Part shown: in pieces, positions 27,666 to 37,510 of the stretch
How positions within the stretch are numbered: position 1 is the stretch's first letter
Layout: each line of letters begins with the position of its first letter
Source: an uncultured Candidatus Saccharibacteria bacterium
Lineage (GTDB): Bacteria; Patescibacteriota; Minisyncoccia; Phycocordibacterales; UBA2100
DNA length: 64,000 nt
Assembly (NCBI GenBank): GCA_964623775.1
Contig: CAZUVH010000001.1
Span: 40,790-104,789 of the forward strand
Direction: 5' to 3'
Program-made: the position numbers and the translations under genes
The notes under the pieces: generated by a model
Database searches by the model: none
Told to the model about the DNA's origin: nothing
The model's input: the letters and a program-made list of their open reading frames with translations, nothing else

Positions 27666-28573
27666 CTCTTGCGTCTTTTGCCGTGAAAGGCTCTGTGGAC
27701 CTCTCTGAGATGTTTGTCGGTGACATGTGTATAGACTTGGGTCGTCGCGATATTGGCATGACCAAGGAGCGCTTGCACTGAGCGGAGGTCTGCACCATTT
27801 TCGAGAAGGTCGGTCGCAAATGAGTGCCGAATCACGTGCGGCGTCACTTTGCGCGTGATACCTGCCTTGATGGCGTATTGTTTCACGAGGCGCTCGACGG
27901 AGCGCGGTGTGATCGCCGCAAGATCTTTACCCTTTTTTGCCTTGCCGTATCCCACGAAAAGCGCGTCACTCATGTCGCCGCGTTTTTTGAGATATGCAGC
28001 GACGGCCTCCTTTGCCGAAGGGGAGAGGAACACGACCCGCACTTTGTCGCCCTTACCGCGCACTGAAAATTCATCACGGGTGAGATCAATATCGCTCTTG
28101 AGGGAGCAGAGTTCGGATACGCGAAGTCCTGTCGAAAAGAGGAGCTCAAGTATGGCTCGATCCCTGAGGGAGGCGAGATCATCGCCCGAGGGCGCTTTCA
28201 TGATGCGGTTGAGTTCATCGGCGGTAATGAGGTCGAGATCTCTGCCACCCGTCTTTGCGAGCTCGATGCGTTCGGGGTTGAGCGATTCCACATCGCGTTT
28301 ACGGAGAAATTTGAGGAACGCGCGCAGCGCTATCAGGTGATAATTCTGCGTATTTTTCTTCATGGTCCCCGATGTGCCGCTCGAGCGATTGAGATTGATG
28401 CGAAACTCACGCACCATTTGCTCGGTGACCTGCGAAGGGGATTTTACTTTTGCGAATTCGAGGAAGCGATTGAGGTAGCGATCGTAATTTTCGACTGTCT
28501 TTACACCACGCCCCTTCTCGATCTCAAGGTACTCAAGAAATTGTATTTTCAGGGTCTTAAGATCAACTGCCAT
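27662..28573 (-). CDS. xerC: XerC/D-type tyrosine recombinase
   Basis: TGLRVSEL, GKGDK, TPHVIRHSFAT, LLGH, TTQVYTH; no IntI-specific insertion evident. Confidence 0.85.
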   Translation of the reverse strand: MAVDLKTLKIQFLEYLEIEKGRGVKTVENYDRYLNRFLEFAKVKSPSQVTEQMVREFRINLNRSSGTSGTMKKNTQNYHLIALRAFLKFLRKRDVESLNPERIELAKTGGRDLDLITADELNRIMKAPSGDDLASLRDRAILELLFSTGLRVSELCSLKSDIDLTRDEFSVRGKGDKVRVVFLSPSAKEAVAAYLKKRGDMSDALFVGYGKAKKGKDLAAITPRSVERLVKQYAIKAGITRKVTPHVIRHSFATDLLENGADLRSVQALLGHANIATTQVYTHVTDKHLREVHRAFHGKRRKS

Positions 28574-28718
28574 ATCTTCATAATAGCAGTAAATATTGTG
28601 CGACCTATTTTTCTTGCCCGTACTTGGGTCTGGAAACAACGGAAGTGCCCTTGTGGCGCGACATTGAATTCATACACATGTCGCGCGTGCTAGATTTGAA
28701 ACGGGAAGGAGACTGGCT

Positions 28719-29009
28719 ATGGCGCTCTGGCACGACGTCTATATAGATAGAATGTTTCGTGCTGCGGCACGATACCGCCTCGCAATGGGAGGGGAGATCA
28801 AGGTACACGATGGGATACGTGCTCATGCATGGGAGATTGCACGAGACGCAATTCGCCTTGAGGAGATCAACTGCCTCAACATGGACGGGCTTACCCATGC
28901 GGTCATGAAGCTCGGCGAATACCGGCACCGCTACGATAGGCAGGGGGAGCAGCTTAAAATCATCGCGAATTTTTACGATCTCGTGTGGTTTTCGCGGATT
29001 CTCGTATAA
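28719..29009 (+). CDS. Hypothetical protein
   Basis: AAGGAG SD; terminator after. Confidence 0.65.
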   Translation: MALWHDVYIDRMFRAAARYRLAMGGEIKVHDGIRAHAWEIARDAIRLEEINCLNMDGLTHAVMKLGEYRHRYDRQGEQLKIIANFYDLVWFSRILV

Positions 29010-29141
29010 CGGCGCGCGACACACTGTCGCGCGCCTTTTCAATTTTCGAAATTTTTATATCTATTTGGAGTGCCGGAGCGGAAGTGCTAAAGTGCCGGCA
29101 GTGTTCATTGACAGAACACGTCAACTCCAGAGGAAGCCGCA

Positions 29142-30605
29142 GTGGCCAACGGAATTAAAACCGCAGTGAAACCAGTCGTGAAGCTCCAAAAGCAGGGAGT
29201 TTCGAGCAAAAAGCTCATCATCCTCGATACGAGCGTTCTCCTGCACGATCCCGAATCGCTTTTTCGTTTCCAAGAGCATGACATCTTTATGCCCCGAGAA
29301 GTGCTCGCACAGATCGACCACCATAAAAAGGGGCAGACCGACGTCGCTCGTAACGCTCGCCAGGTCACGCGAACCATGGATCATCTCTTTAGGGGTGACA
29401 GAAATCTGATGAGCAAAGGTGCCTCTCTTGCAGAGGCTTCCAATGGCTCGGCAACAGGAAAATTCTTTTTCCAAACCGACGAGCTCACGGCGAAGTTGCC
29501 ACAAGACCTCCTTCGCGATGAGGGGGACCGTCGGATTATTGCCGCCGCCGTCGCTCTTCGAGATAAAAAAAGTCGATCTGAGTACAGTGAAGTCGTTCTC
29601 GTGACGAAGGATGCGAACATGCGATATGCCGCCCTCTGTTTCGAAAACGGCGACATCGAGGCTCAGGATTACCTCAGTGATCGCGTCCTCCTCAAGGATT
29701 CAGATGTCTTACCGACCGGCTATGTAGAACTCCCGGCAAACTTCTGGGAGACACATGACGTCGTTTGGGTAAAGAAAGATGGTCCACATAATTTTTGGCA
29801 CGCTCAGGGTCCGATTTGCACCCAACTTGCGTTCAATGATTGTGTCTACGGCAAATCAAAAGACGGCAGTGATTTTTTCGCCAAGGTTTCTCAAATGAAT
29901 GATGGCGGCGTGACCTTAAAAAGTCTCACTCGCTATGATCATAACAAGAATGCCGTGTCCGGTATTGTGGCAAGAAATCGAGAGCAGATCATCGCGCTCG
30001 ACCATCTTATGGATCCAGAGATAGATCTCGTCTGTCTGCTCGGCGAAGCAGGTACTGGCAAATCACTGTGTGCAATCGCGGCTGGCTACGAACACATTAA
30101 ACAGGGGAAAATTACCAGCATCCTCGCGACCCGTGCAATGGTAAAGGTCGAGGGCGAAGATGCGGGGTTTCTCCCGGGCGACATGAATGATAAGTTCGGG
30201 CCCTGGATGGAAGCACTCGAAGATAGTAAGGCGGTACTGCTCAGGAATGCGGGTAAGACAAAAGACAATAAGATTGAACAAAATGTTCAGGATAAGGACT
30301 TGTTCGAGATTAAGCCTATCGGCTTTCTACGAGGTCGCACCTTTGAAGACCGTTTCGTCATCATTGATGAGGCACAGAATCTGACATTGCGCCAAGTGAA
30401 ATTGCTCGCCACGCGACCAGGCAATGGTGCAAAGCTCGTCTTTTGCGGTAATCTGGGCCAGATTGATACGCCGTTCCTCGACGAAATGAGCTCCGGCCTG
30501 ACCAATCTCATCATGAAAATGCGAGGTAGCCGACATGTGGCCCACGTGATCCTTCAAGAATGCGTGCGGTCGCGACTTGCAGAACTCGCAGTCGAGCGAC
30601 TCTGA
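29142..30605 (+). CDS. PIN-PhoH fusion (PhoH2/YlaK type)
   Basis: ILDTSVLLHDP, VTKDANMR, GEAGTGKS, GFLPGD, RGRT, DEAQN. Confidence 0.92.
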   Translation: MANGIKTAVKPVVKLQKQGVSSKKLIILDTSVLLHDPESLFRFQEHDIFMPREVLAQIDHHKKGQTDVARNARQVTRTMDHLFRGDRNLMSKGASLAEASNGSATGKFFFQTDELTAKLPQDLLRDEGDRRIIAAAVALRDKKSRSEYSEVVLVTKDANMRYAALCFENGDIEAQDYLSDRVLLKDSDVLPTGYVELPANFWETHDVVWVKKDGPHNFWHAQGPICTQLAFNDCVYGKSKDGSDFFAKVSQMNDGGVTLKSLTRYDHNKNAVSGIVARNREQIIALDHLMDPEIDLVCLLGEAGTGKSLCAIAAGYEHIKQGKITSILATRAMVKVEGEDAGFLPGDMNDKFGPWMEALEDSKAVLLRNAGKTKDNKIEQNVQDKDLFEIKPIGFLRGRTFEDRFVIIDEAQNLTLRQVKLLATRPGNGAKLVFCGNLGQIDTPFLDEMSSGLTNLIMKMRGSRHVAHVILQECVRSRLAELAVERL

Positions 30606-30617
30606 CAGCCAGCAACG

Positions 30618-30648
30618 TGGGGAGAGGCATGCGCCTCTCCCCATTTTT
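30618..30648. terminator. Terminator between convergent genes
   Basis: tggggagaggc-atgc-gcctctcccca with T-tract. Confidence 0.75.
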
Positions 30649-31826
30649 TATTCATCTCTCAGATACTTTTTCTTGTTGATTTTCTCAGGTAGATACGACT
30701 CCTTGTCGTACATTTCATACCCTTTTCCGTACTTCAAATTTTTCATGAGCTTGGTCGGCGCGTTGCGCACCTTGAGTGGAATGGGGAGATTGCCGAATTT
30801 TTTCACATCGTCGAGCGCCTCGAAGACCGCGTCATAGGCGCGGCGATCTTTCTTACATTGTGCGAGGTAGGCGACACCGTGAGCCAGGTTGATCGTGGCC
30901 TCCGGATAGCCGATCTTGTTGACCGCCTCGAATACCGCGTTGGCGACGACGAGTGCTGTCGGCTGTGCGAGTCCGATGTCTTCGCTCGCAAAGATCACCA
31001 TGCGCCGCGCGATGAATTTCGGATCTTCTCCCGCATCTACCATACGCGCCAGATAGTAGAGCGCCGCGTCCGGCTGAGACGCACGCATGGATTTTATAAA
31101 CGCGGAGATAGTGTTGTAGTGCTCTTCGCCCTTCTTGTCATAGCGCAGATGTTTGGACTGTACAGCCTCTTTCAGTGTATCGAGCGTGATTTTTCCGTAC
31201 AATTTTTGCGCAGTTTCCAAGACCGTTATGACTTGTCGCGCATCACCCTGCACCATTTGTATGAGCCAATCACGTGCAGCTTTCGGCACTTTTCCGCCCG
31301 AGGCGGATCCGCCTTGGGCGGATATTTTCTTTACAGCATTCGAGATTATTATCTCCATATCATCATTAGAGTGTTCGTTGAGTACAAAAACGCGGCAACG
31401 CGAAAGGAGTGGGGAGATCACCTCAAAGCTCGGATTTTCCGTCGTCGCACCGACGAGTGTGATGTCGCCACGCTCCACGAAGGGGAGGAGAAAGTCCTGC
31501 TGCGCCTTATTGAAGCGGTGGATTTCGTCGACAAACAATACTTTCGGTTTTTGGGTGAGGAGTGATCTGCCGCCACCAATGACTTTCCGTATATCTTCCT
31601 TGCCCGCGTCGACTGCGGAGAGTTCAAAAAAGTCTGCGCCGAGTGCGTTGGCGTAGATGCGCGCGAGTGTCGTCTTGCCGCACCCAGGCGGGCCCCACAA
31701 AATGAACGAGAAGAGCTCTTTCTTCTCGATAGCGACGCGCAGCGGCTTACCTGGACCGGTCAGATGCTTTTGTCCCACGAATTCACTCAAATTTTTTGGC
31801 CGAATTTTCGATGCGAGCGGTTCCAT
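30648..31826 (-). CDS. rarA: Replication-associated recombination protein RarA/MgsA
   Basis: GPPGCGKTT, DEIHRFNKAQQD, ATTENP, ISAFIKSMR, ASEDIG. Confidence 0.95.
   Translation of the reverse strand: MEPLASKIRPKNLSEFVGQKHLTGPGKPLRVAIEKKELFSFILWGPPGCGKTTLARIYANALGADFFELSAVDAGKEDIRKVIGGGRSLLTQKPKVLFVDEIHRFNKAQQDFLLPFVERGDITLVGATTENPSFEVISPLLSRCRVFVLNEHSNDDMEIIISNAVKKISAQGGSASGGKVPKAARDWLIQMVQGDARQVITVLETAQKLYGKITLDTLKEAVQSKHLRYDKKGEEHYNTISAFIKSMRASQPDAALYYLARMVDAGEDPKFIARRMVIFASEDIGLAQPTALVVANAVFEAVNKIGYPEATINLAHGVAYLAQCKKDRRAYDAVFEALDDVKKFGNLPIPLKVRNAPTKLMKNLKYGKGYEMYDKESYLPEKINKKKYLRDE
31293..31322. mobile_element. 30 bp palindromic element in frame in rarA
   Basis: tccgcc-cga-ggcgga-tccgcc-ttg-ggcgga, encodes SAQGGSASGG. 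Confidence 0.8.
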
Positions 31827-31891
31827 ACAGGTCACTCTACTCCTCGAAATACGTAAACGAAAGCGGAGTCGTGAGTGCTATTATTGCGACC

Positions 31892-32824
31892 ATGGAGTCG
31901 ATCGATAAAAAGCGGCGCCCGACGATAGAGGGGACCCTTATCGCAAGGAAGGTTGAACGAGGTATCGAGCAAACAAGGTGGCGACTCGATGCGGGTGACT
32001 ATGTTGCTGATATAGGATTTCGCCAGTTCGGCAAATTCGAATCAGACTGGTTTTCCGGCGCGAACAACAGTGAAGAAATGCGGCAGCGTCCACTGGTCTT
32101 GGACCATCAAAACCAGGATGTGCAGCGTTTTGCAGAAAAACTACTCAGTGGAGATGTATATCCTGATTCACACGATTTTATTCACCATATCGACGAGCGT
32201 CTCTCGCGCCTCCTGCCTTCCGCGGATCTTTCTGAATACGAACACTACGAGAGACTGAGTGACATTGTGAACGCCGGGCGAGCAATGTGTGACGCAAAAT
32301 GCACGGTGCTCGGTACCCTGCTCGTGCACGAAATTCCTTCGCTTAAGGCGCAAATGATCTACGGACAGATCGCACCAATCCGCGAGCGTGCTTCGTATCC
32401 ATTTGGTCATGCGTGGCTCCGAGTCGAATCGAATTCCTACGTGTCTCTGTACGATGCAATGTATTCGAGGACGACTGTGTTTGAAAAAAGTGGACGAGAT
32501 TTTACGTCTTTAGACGACGGATACATGACGTTTCAGAAATACGGTGCTCAATTCGGCCAATTCGGTAAACTCATGAGCGAACTGGGCATTTCCGCTTGGA
32601 CGGGAAACATAACTTTTGTCGAAGACTACGAAAACGATCGGAGCGTGACTCCATACGTTGCCCAGGAAGAATCGCTCGATGCACAGGTCGCAGGATCAGT
32701 TAGTTTCGGCTTTAGAATCGACGAGCCGGCTGAACTTGAGCTTTTCAACGATCACCTTCGGGCTACGAAGAGAGCAGGTGCAGCACTGTACTACCCAGTA
32801 CAAAGAATCAAAAGGAATTTTTAG
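31892..32824 (+). CDS. Transglutaminase-like protein
   Basis: Putative Cys-His-Asp triad: AMCDAK, GHAW, LYDA. Confidence 0.55.
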   Translation: MESIDKKRRPTIEGTLIARKVERGIEQTRWRLDAGDYVADIGFRQFGKFESDWFSGANNSEEMRQRPLVLDHQNQDVQRFAEKLLSGDVYPDSHDFIHHIDERLSRLLPSADLSEYEHYERLSDIVNAGRAMCDAKCTVLGTLLVHEIPSLKAQMIYGQIAPIRERASYPFGHAWLRVESNSYVSLYDAMYSRTTVFEKSGRDFTSLDDGYMTFQKYGAQFGQFGKLMSELGISAWTGNITFVEDYENDRSVTPYVAQEESLDAQVAGSVSFGFRIDEPAELELFNDHLRATKRAGAALYYPVQRIKRNF

Positions 32825-32899
32825 ATATTTCATACGCTCCACAATTTTTTCCCCACGTATGCAAGTTGCACATTATTTCTCGCGCGCTATTCTGCTCTG

Positions 32900-33412
32900 A
32901 TGAGTTCAAAATCTATAATTATTTGGGTTGTCGTTATTATTATCGTAGCAGCAGGTGCATATTTTATTGTTAAACGCTCATCAACAGCTCCTGCAACTAC
33001 AGATACCCCCGCTGCGGCTAACACCAACGCAACCACGACCGATCAGGTCCAGGGTCAGGATGTCACTGTCGGCACCGGAGCCGAGGCGCAGCCGGGTACT
33101 GTCGTCTCTGTCTTGTACGTCGGCAAGTTGCAAGACGGAACCGTCTTCGACAGTTCGGCCGCACATGACAATCAGCCGCTTATGTTTACGCTTGGTCAGC
33201 AAGGCCTCATCGCAGGATTCCAGATCGGCATCAACGGCATGAAAGAGGGGGGTGAACGCCTCCTCGCGATCCCGCCGTCACTCGGTTATGGAGACCAGGA
33301 TGTCAAAGATGCCAATGGCAAGGTCATAATCCCGGCCAATTCCACCCTCCTTTTTGACGTCAAACTCGTCAAAGTAGCCCCCGCGACCACCGAAACCCCC
33401 GCCAAGAAATAG
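32900..33412 (+). CDS. FKBP-type peptidyl-prolyl isomerase, membrane-anchored
   Basis: GTVFDSS, GMKEGGER, IPPSLGYG, IPANSTLLFDV. Confidence 0.93.
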   Translation: MSSKSIIIWVVVIIIVAAGAYFIVKRSSTAPATTDTPAAANTNATTTDQVQGQDVTVGTGAEAQPGTVVSVLYVGKLQDGTVFDSSAAHDNQPLMFTLGQQGLIAGFQIGINGMKEGGERLLAIPPSLGYGDQDVKDANGKVIIPANSTLLFDVKLVKVAPATTETPAKK

Positions 33413-33472
33413 GCTTACCGAGGGCTTTGCCGAGACTTGCAACCATGGTCGGAATGTGATATCATTCCGACC

Positions 33473-33739
33473 ATGCTCACGAAGCGCAAGAAACAGAACG
33501 AGATCGCGAAAACGCGACGCCATGACACCGACACCGGTTCTCCGGAGGTGCAGGTCGCCGTTTTGACCCGCCGAATCGCAGAACTTTCGGCCCACCTTGA
33601 TAAAAATCGCAAAGATAAGCACTCGCGCCGCGGCCTCCTCGGCCTCGTAGCGGACCGCCGCAAGCACTTGAAGTATCTCGAAGAGACCAACAAGCGCGCA
33701 TACGGCGTTTTGGTGAAGAAGCTCGGTTTGAAGAAGTAA
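33473..33739 (+). CDS. rpsO: 30S ribosomal protein S15
   Basis: DTGSPEVQVAVLT, KDKHSRRGL. Confidence 0.98.
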   Translation: MLTKRKKQNEIAKTRRHDTDTGSPEVQVAVLTRRIAELSAHLDKNRKDKHSRRGLLGLVADRRKHLKYLEETNKRAYGVLVKKLGLKK

Positions 33740-33849
33740 TCTCTCCTTCGTTTCGTACGCTATACTCTATCTAGAGGGTATTTTTAATAAATGTATGCAC
33801 TAGTGACTAGATCCTGGTGCACAAAAACAGTTAATTTTAATTATTTTAT

Positions 33850-34497
33850 ATGGCAATCATTAAACATCCAGAGCAGCGCGTCGGTGTATTCATCGATACG
33901 CAAAATCTCTATCACAGCGCCAAGAACATCTATCACGCGCGTGTCAATTTCGGCAACGTCCTCAAAGATGCTGTCGCGGGTCGTCGCCTCATCCGCGCAC
34001 GTGCCTACTCGGTCACGACGGAAAGCGGCGAAGAAAAGGGCTTCTTTGAAGCACTTGCAAAAGTCGGCATCGAGATGCGCACAAAAGACCTTCAGGTCTT
34101 CTTCGGTGGCGCCAAGAAGGCCGACTGGGACGTCGGACTGGCAGTCGACGCGATCACCGCAGCGCCCAAGCTCGACACGGTGGTCTTGGTGACCGGCGAT
34201 GGCGACTTCATCCCGCTCGTCGAATACCTTCGCACCCATTCAGGCTGCCAGGTAGAAGTCGTCTCATTCGGCCGCTCCACGTCAGGCAAGCTCAAAGAAG
34301 CGACCGACCACTTCCTCGATCTCGATGAAGATCCCCGCCGCTATCTCATTAATTATCGTGGAGGGAGCGCGGGCGGTGCGCGTCGCTCGACAAGCTCACG
34401 TGCCGGAAGGGATATTTCGGTCTCTGCTCCTGACGATTCAATCGCGGAAAACGAGGAAATACCTGCCGAAGAGAGCGGCGAAAATAGTAATCAGTAG
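33850..34497 (+). CDS. NYN-domain (LabA/DUF88) protein
   Basis: FIDTQNL, KADWDVGLAVD, LVTGDGDF. Confidence 0.9.
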   Translation: MAIIKHPEQRVGVFIDTQNLYHSAKNIYHARVNFGNVLKDAVAGRRLIRARAYSVTTESGEEKGFFEALAKVGIEMRTKDLQVFFGGAKKADWDVGLAVDAITAAPKLDTVVLVTGDGDFIPLVEYLRTHSGCQVEVVSFGRSTSGKLKEATDHFLDLDEDPRRYLINYRGGSAGGARRSTSSRAGRDISVSAPDDSIAENEEIPAEESGENSNQ

Positions 34498-34535
34498 AAA
34501 AACGCCCCGACGAGTCGGGGCGTTTTTTTGATAAT

Positions 34536-34760
34536 TTAACGTGAGCGGACGGCGTACAGGAGCCCGAGAAGCAGGGTAGTACCACTCACGGTGAGCGCCG
34601 CCAATTCGCCGCCGCCAAGGAACGTGAAGTCTTTGTTGATCGTCCAGCGCACATATATTTCAAATCCACTGACGACGAGCGCGAGCGCGAGCATGACGAT
34701 CGCCGATACAAGAGAGATCAAAAAAACAGTGCTCTGATATTTTTCCATTTGGGTGTTCAT
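34536..34760 (-). CDS. Small two-TM membrane protein
   Basis: Two hydrophobic helices. Confidence 0.6.
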   Translation of the reverse strand: MNTQMEKYQSTVFLISLVSAIVMLALALVVSGFEIYVRWTINKDFTFLGGGELAALTVSGTTLLLGLLYAVRSR

Positions 34761-34816
34761 GCGGCCATCGTAGCACGCCATATGAAAAGACCGTCGCAAA
34801 GCGACGGCCTTTAAGT

Positions 34817-35131
34817 TTAGAGCTCGAAGTTACATTCGATCGCCAAACGACCTTCCTCAAGATGAGGCCGGACCGGTATACCATCGGCCCGTAGCAGTGA
34901 AAGGATCATGTTGTCTAGATAGAGCTCCGGCCAACGACCGAGATGCGGTTTTAACGCCGCCTGTCCTTCTAGAATCTTTTTCTCCGCCCCGGTAAAAACG
35001 AGATGGAGTTTCCGTTTTTCATTCTCCATATACTGCCGAAGAAATGTATGGAGACCATCCTCGGTGGTGTATACGTGCGGCTCCTGGAGAGCGACCAAGA
35101 TCTCTGCACCGTCCCGATACCATATCTGCAT
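34817..35131 (-). CDS. Hypothetical protein
   Basis: AAAGGA SD, 104 aa, hairpin after the stop. Confidence 0.6.
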   Translation of the reverse strand: MQIWYRDGAEILVALQEPHVYTTEDGLHTFLRQYMENEKRKLHLVFTGAEKKILEGQAALKPHLGRWPELYLDNMILSLLRADGIPVRPHLEEGRLAIECNFEL

Positions 35132-35230
35132 GACGCAATTCCTTTCTTTTTTCCGCGCAAACTATAGTTGCGATGCGATTCATTGTCAAAACAGATCTCG
35201 CGAGTATACTGGCTCTATTAGTCACTAGTT

Positions 35231-35286
35231 GTGGCGTACGGATAGGCAGGACTGGCTTCTAGCCAGCGCTGAAATCCGGACGTCAC
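35231..35286 (+). promoter_or_regulatory. pnp leader stem-loop
   Basis: gtggcgt-acggat...atccg-gacgtcac enclosing ctggct/agccag. Confidence 0.5.
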
Positions 35287-35296
35287 CAAAAAGAAA

Positions 35297-37510
35297 ATGC
35301 AGAAAAAAGAATATTCCCTCGAAATCGGGGGGAAAACGATGATCGCCGAGTTCAATGACTGGGCTGATCAGGCAAATGGAAGTGTGCTCTTGCGCTACGG
35401 CAACAGCGCCGTACTCGCAACGGTTGTTATGGGCAGTAAAGAGTCGAATCTCGATTATTTTCCACTCTCAGTCGAATACGAGGAGAAGTTTTATGCTGTC
35501 GGCGCAATCCTCGGATCGCGCTTTATGCGACGCGAGGGCAGGCCGTCGGATGAGGCCGTGCTCTCGGGCCGCATTGTGGATCGCACGATCCGTCCACTCT
35601 TTCCGAAAGGTCTGAAACGCGATGTGCAGGTCATCATCTCGGTCATATCGATCGAGGACTACGATACCGATATCCTTGCAGTAAATGCAGCGTCACTTGC
35701 GATCGCCACATCAAACATCCCGTGGAATGGTCCCGTCTCCGCTGTACGCATCGGTATAGAGGATCAGAGCGACGAACTTCTCATTAATCCGACGTACGGT
35801 CAACGCAGCGAAGAGTTGCCGCCTCGCGCACGCATGGATCTCACGGTATCCGGCAAGGACGGTCTTGTGAATATGATCGAGGTCAATGCCCGAGAGGTCT
35901 CCGAAGAGGTGCTCGCAAAATCACTCGCGCGCGCGAGCGAAGAAATCGAAAAGATCCAGACATGGCAGAAAAAGATCATTTCCGAGATCGGTAAAGAGAA
36001 GAAATCGTTTCCTGCTCCAGATCATCCCGAGACACTCGGGGCCATGTGGAGCGAGATCATGATCTCAAAGATCGCGACCTACAAAGGAATCCTCGGAAAA
36101 GAGGAGCTCGGTACGCTCAAAAGTGAGTGGATGAAAGCAGTCACCGAGAAAAATCCGGACATCAAACCCGGCACGATCGACAGCTTCTACGAACACAAAA
36201 TGGATGAATACGTCCACGACCTTGCCATCAAAGAAGGGAAGCGAGTCGACGGCCGCGCATTCGACCAGATACGACCGCTCTATGCACAGGCTGGCGGTAT
36301 TTCCCCAGTCATTCACGGCACCGGCCTCTTCTACCGTGGCCAGACGCACGTATTGGCAGCGCTTACGCTTGGCGGCCCCGGTGACGCACAGCTTCTCGAC
36401 ACGATCGAGTTCCAAGACAAAAAGAAAACATTCATGCTCCACTACAACTTCCCGCCGTTTTCCGTGGGCGAAACGGGGCGCGTCGGTGGTATGAATCGAC
36501 GCATGATCGGACACGGCGCGCTTGCGGAAAAATCGATCCGCGCCGTCCTTCCCGAGAAAGAAGTCTTCCCGTACACGATCCGTATCGTCGCCGATTGTCT
36601 CGCATCCAACGGCTCCACATCGATGGCGACCGTCTGCGCGAGCACTCTCGCACTCATGGACGCAGGTGTGCCGATTTCAAAGCCGGTCGCCGGCATCGCA
36701 ATGGGTATGATGTCCGCCCCAGGCGGATCCGCCTTGGGCGGAAACGAGGGCGTATACAAGGTCCTGACTGACATCCAAGGTCCGGAAGATCACCACGGTG
36801 ATATGGACTTCAAGGTCGCGGGTACTCGCGACGGTGTCACGGGCGTGCAGATGGACGTGAAGGTCAACGGTGTTCCTGTCGACGTGCTCGTCCAGGCTTT
36901 CACTCAGGCGAAGAAAGCTCGCCTTCAAATTCTTGACGTTATCACGAAAGAGATCGCCTCACCGCGACCGGACATTTCTCCTCGTGCACCGAAGATACTT
37001 ACAACACATGTCATGGTTGACCAGATCGGCCTCGTCATTGGTCCCGGCGGTAAGACGATCAACGGCATCCGCGAGCGCACCAAGTGCGATGACATCACGA
37101 TCGAAGAGGATGGCACGATCTTCATCACGGGAAGCAACGGTACTGCAGAAGCTGCACTCAAGGAGGTGGAAGATCTCACGCGCATCCTCCAGGTAGGGGA
37201 TCGCTTCGAGGGCCCGGTCGTACGAATGATGGATTTCGGCGCGTTCGTGAAGATCACGCCAAATCAGGACGGCCTCGTGCATGTATCCGAAGTCGCGCCG
37301 TTCAGGATCGGAAAAATTTCCGATGCGGTGCAGCTCGGCGATGTTGTGCCAGTCGTTATTAAGGAAATCGACGACAAAGGACGTTATAATCTTTCTATCA
37401 AAGCAGCTGATCCAGAGTGGGCCAAACGAAAGGGTCTCACTCCGAGTGAAGGCGGCTCAGATAATTATGGCGGACGAAACAGGGAAGACAGGCCAAGGAG
37501 ACGCATCTAA
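35297..37510 (+). CDS. pnp: Polyribonucleotide nucleotidyltransferase
   Basis: RREGRP, HYNFPPFSVGE, SNGSTSMA, GDMDFKVAG, KH and S1 domains. Confidence 0.98.
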   Translation: MQKKEYSLEIGGKTMIAEFNDWADQANGSVLLRYGNSAVLATVVMGSKESNLDYFPLSVEYEEKFYAVGAILGSRFMRREGRPSDEAVLSGRIVDRTIRPLFPKGLKRDVQVIISVISIEDYDTDILAVNAASLAIATSNIPWNGPVSAVRIGIEDQSDELLINPTYGQRSEELPPRARMDLTVSGKDGLVNMIEVNAREVSEEVLAKSLARASEEIEKIQTWQKKIISEIGKEKKSFPAPDHPETLGAMWSEIMISKIATYKGILGKEELGTLKSEWMKAVTEKNPDIKPGTIDSFYEHKMDEYVHDLAIKEGKRVDGRAFDQIRPLYAQAGGISPVIHGTGLFYRGQTHVLAALTLGGPGDAQLLDTIEFQDKKKTFMLHYNFPPFSVGETGRVGGMNRRMIGHGALAEKSIRAVLPEKEVFPYTIRIVADCLASNGSTSMATVCASTLALMDAGVPISKPVAGIAMGMMSAPGGSALGGNEGVYKVLTDIQGPEDHHGDMDFKVAGTRDGVTGVQMDVKVNGVPVDVLVQAFTQAKKARLQILDVITKEIASPRPDISPRAPKILTTHVMVDQIGLVIGPGGKTINGIRERTKCDDITIEEDGTIFITGSNGTAEAALKEVEDLTRILQVGDRFEGPVVRMMDFGAFVKITPNQDGLVHVSEVAPFRIGKISDAVQLGDVVPVVIKEIDDKGRYNLSIKAADPEWAKRKGLTPSEGGSDNYGGRNREDRPRRRI
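36713..36742. mobile_element. 30 bp palindromic element in frame in pnp
   Basis: tccgcc-cca-ggcgga-tccgcc-ttg-ggcgga, encodes SAPGGSALGG. Confidence 0.8.

Noticed and set aside
33799-35229. 11 bp inverted match actagtgacta around the NYN-pnp interval
   Set aside because: Too short to separate from chance and no invertase adjacent
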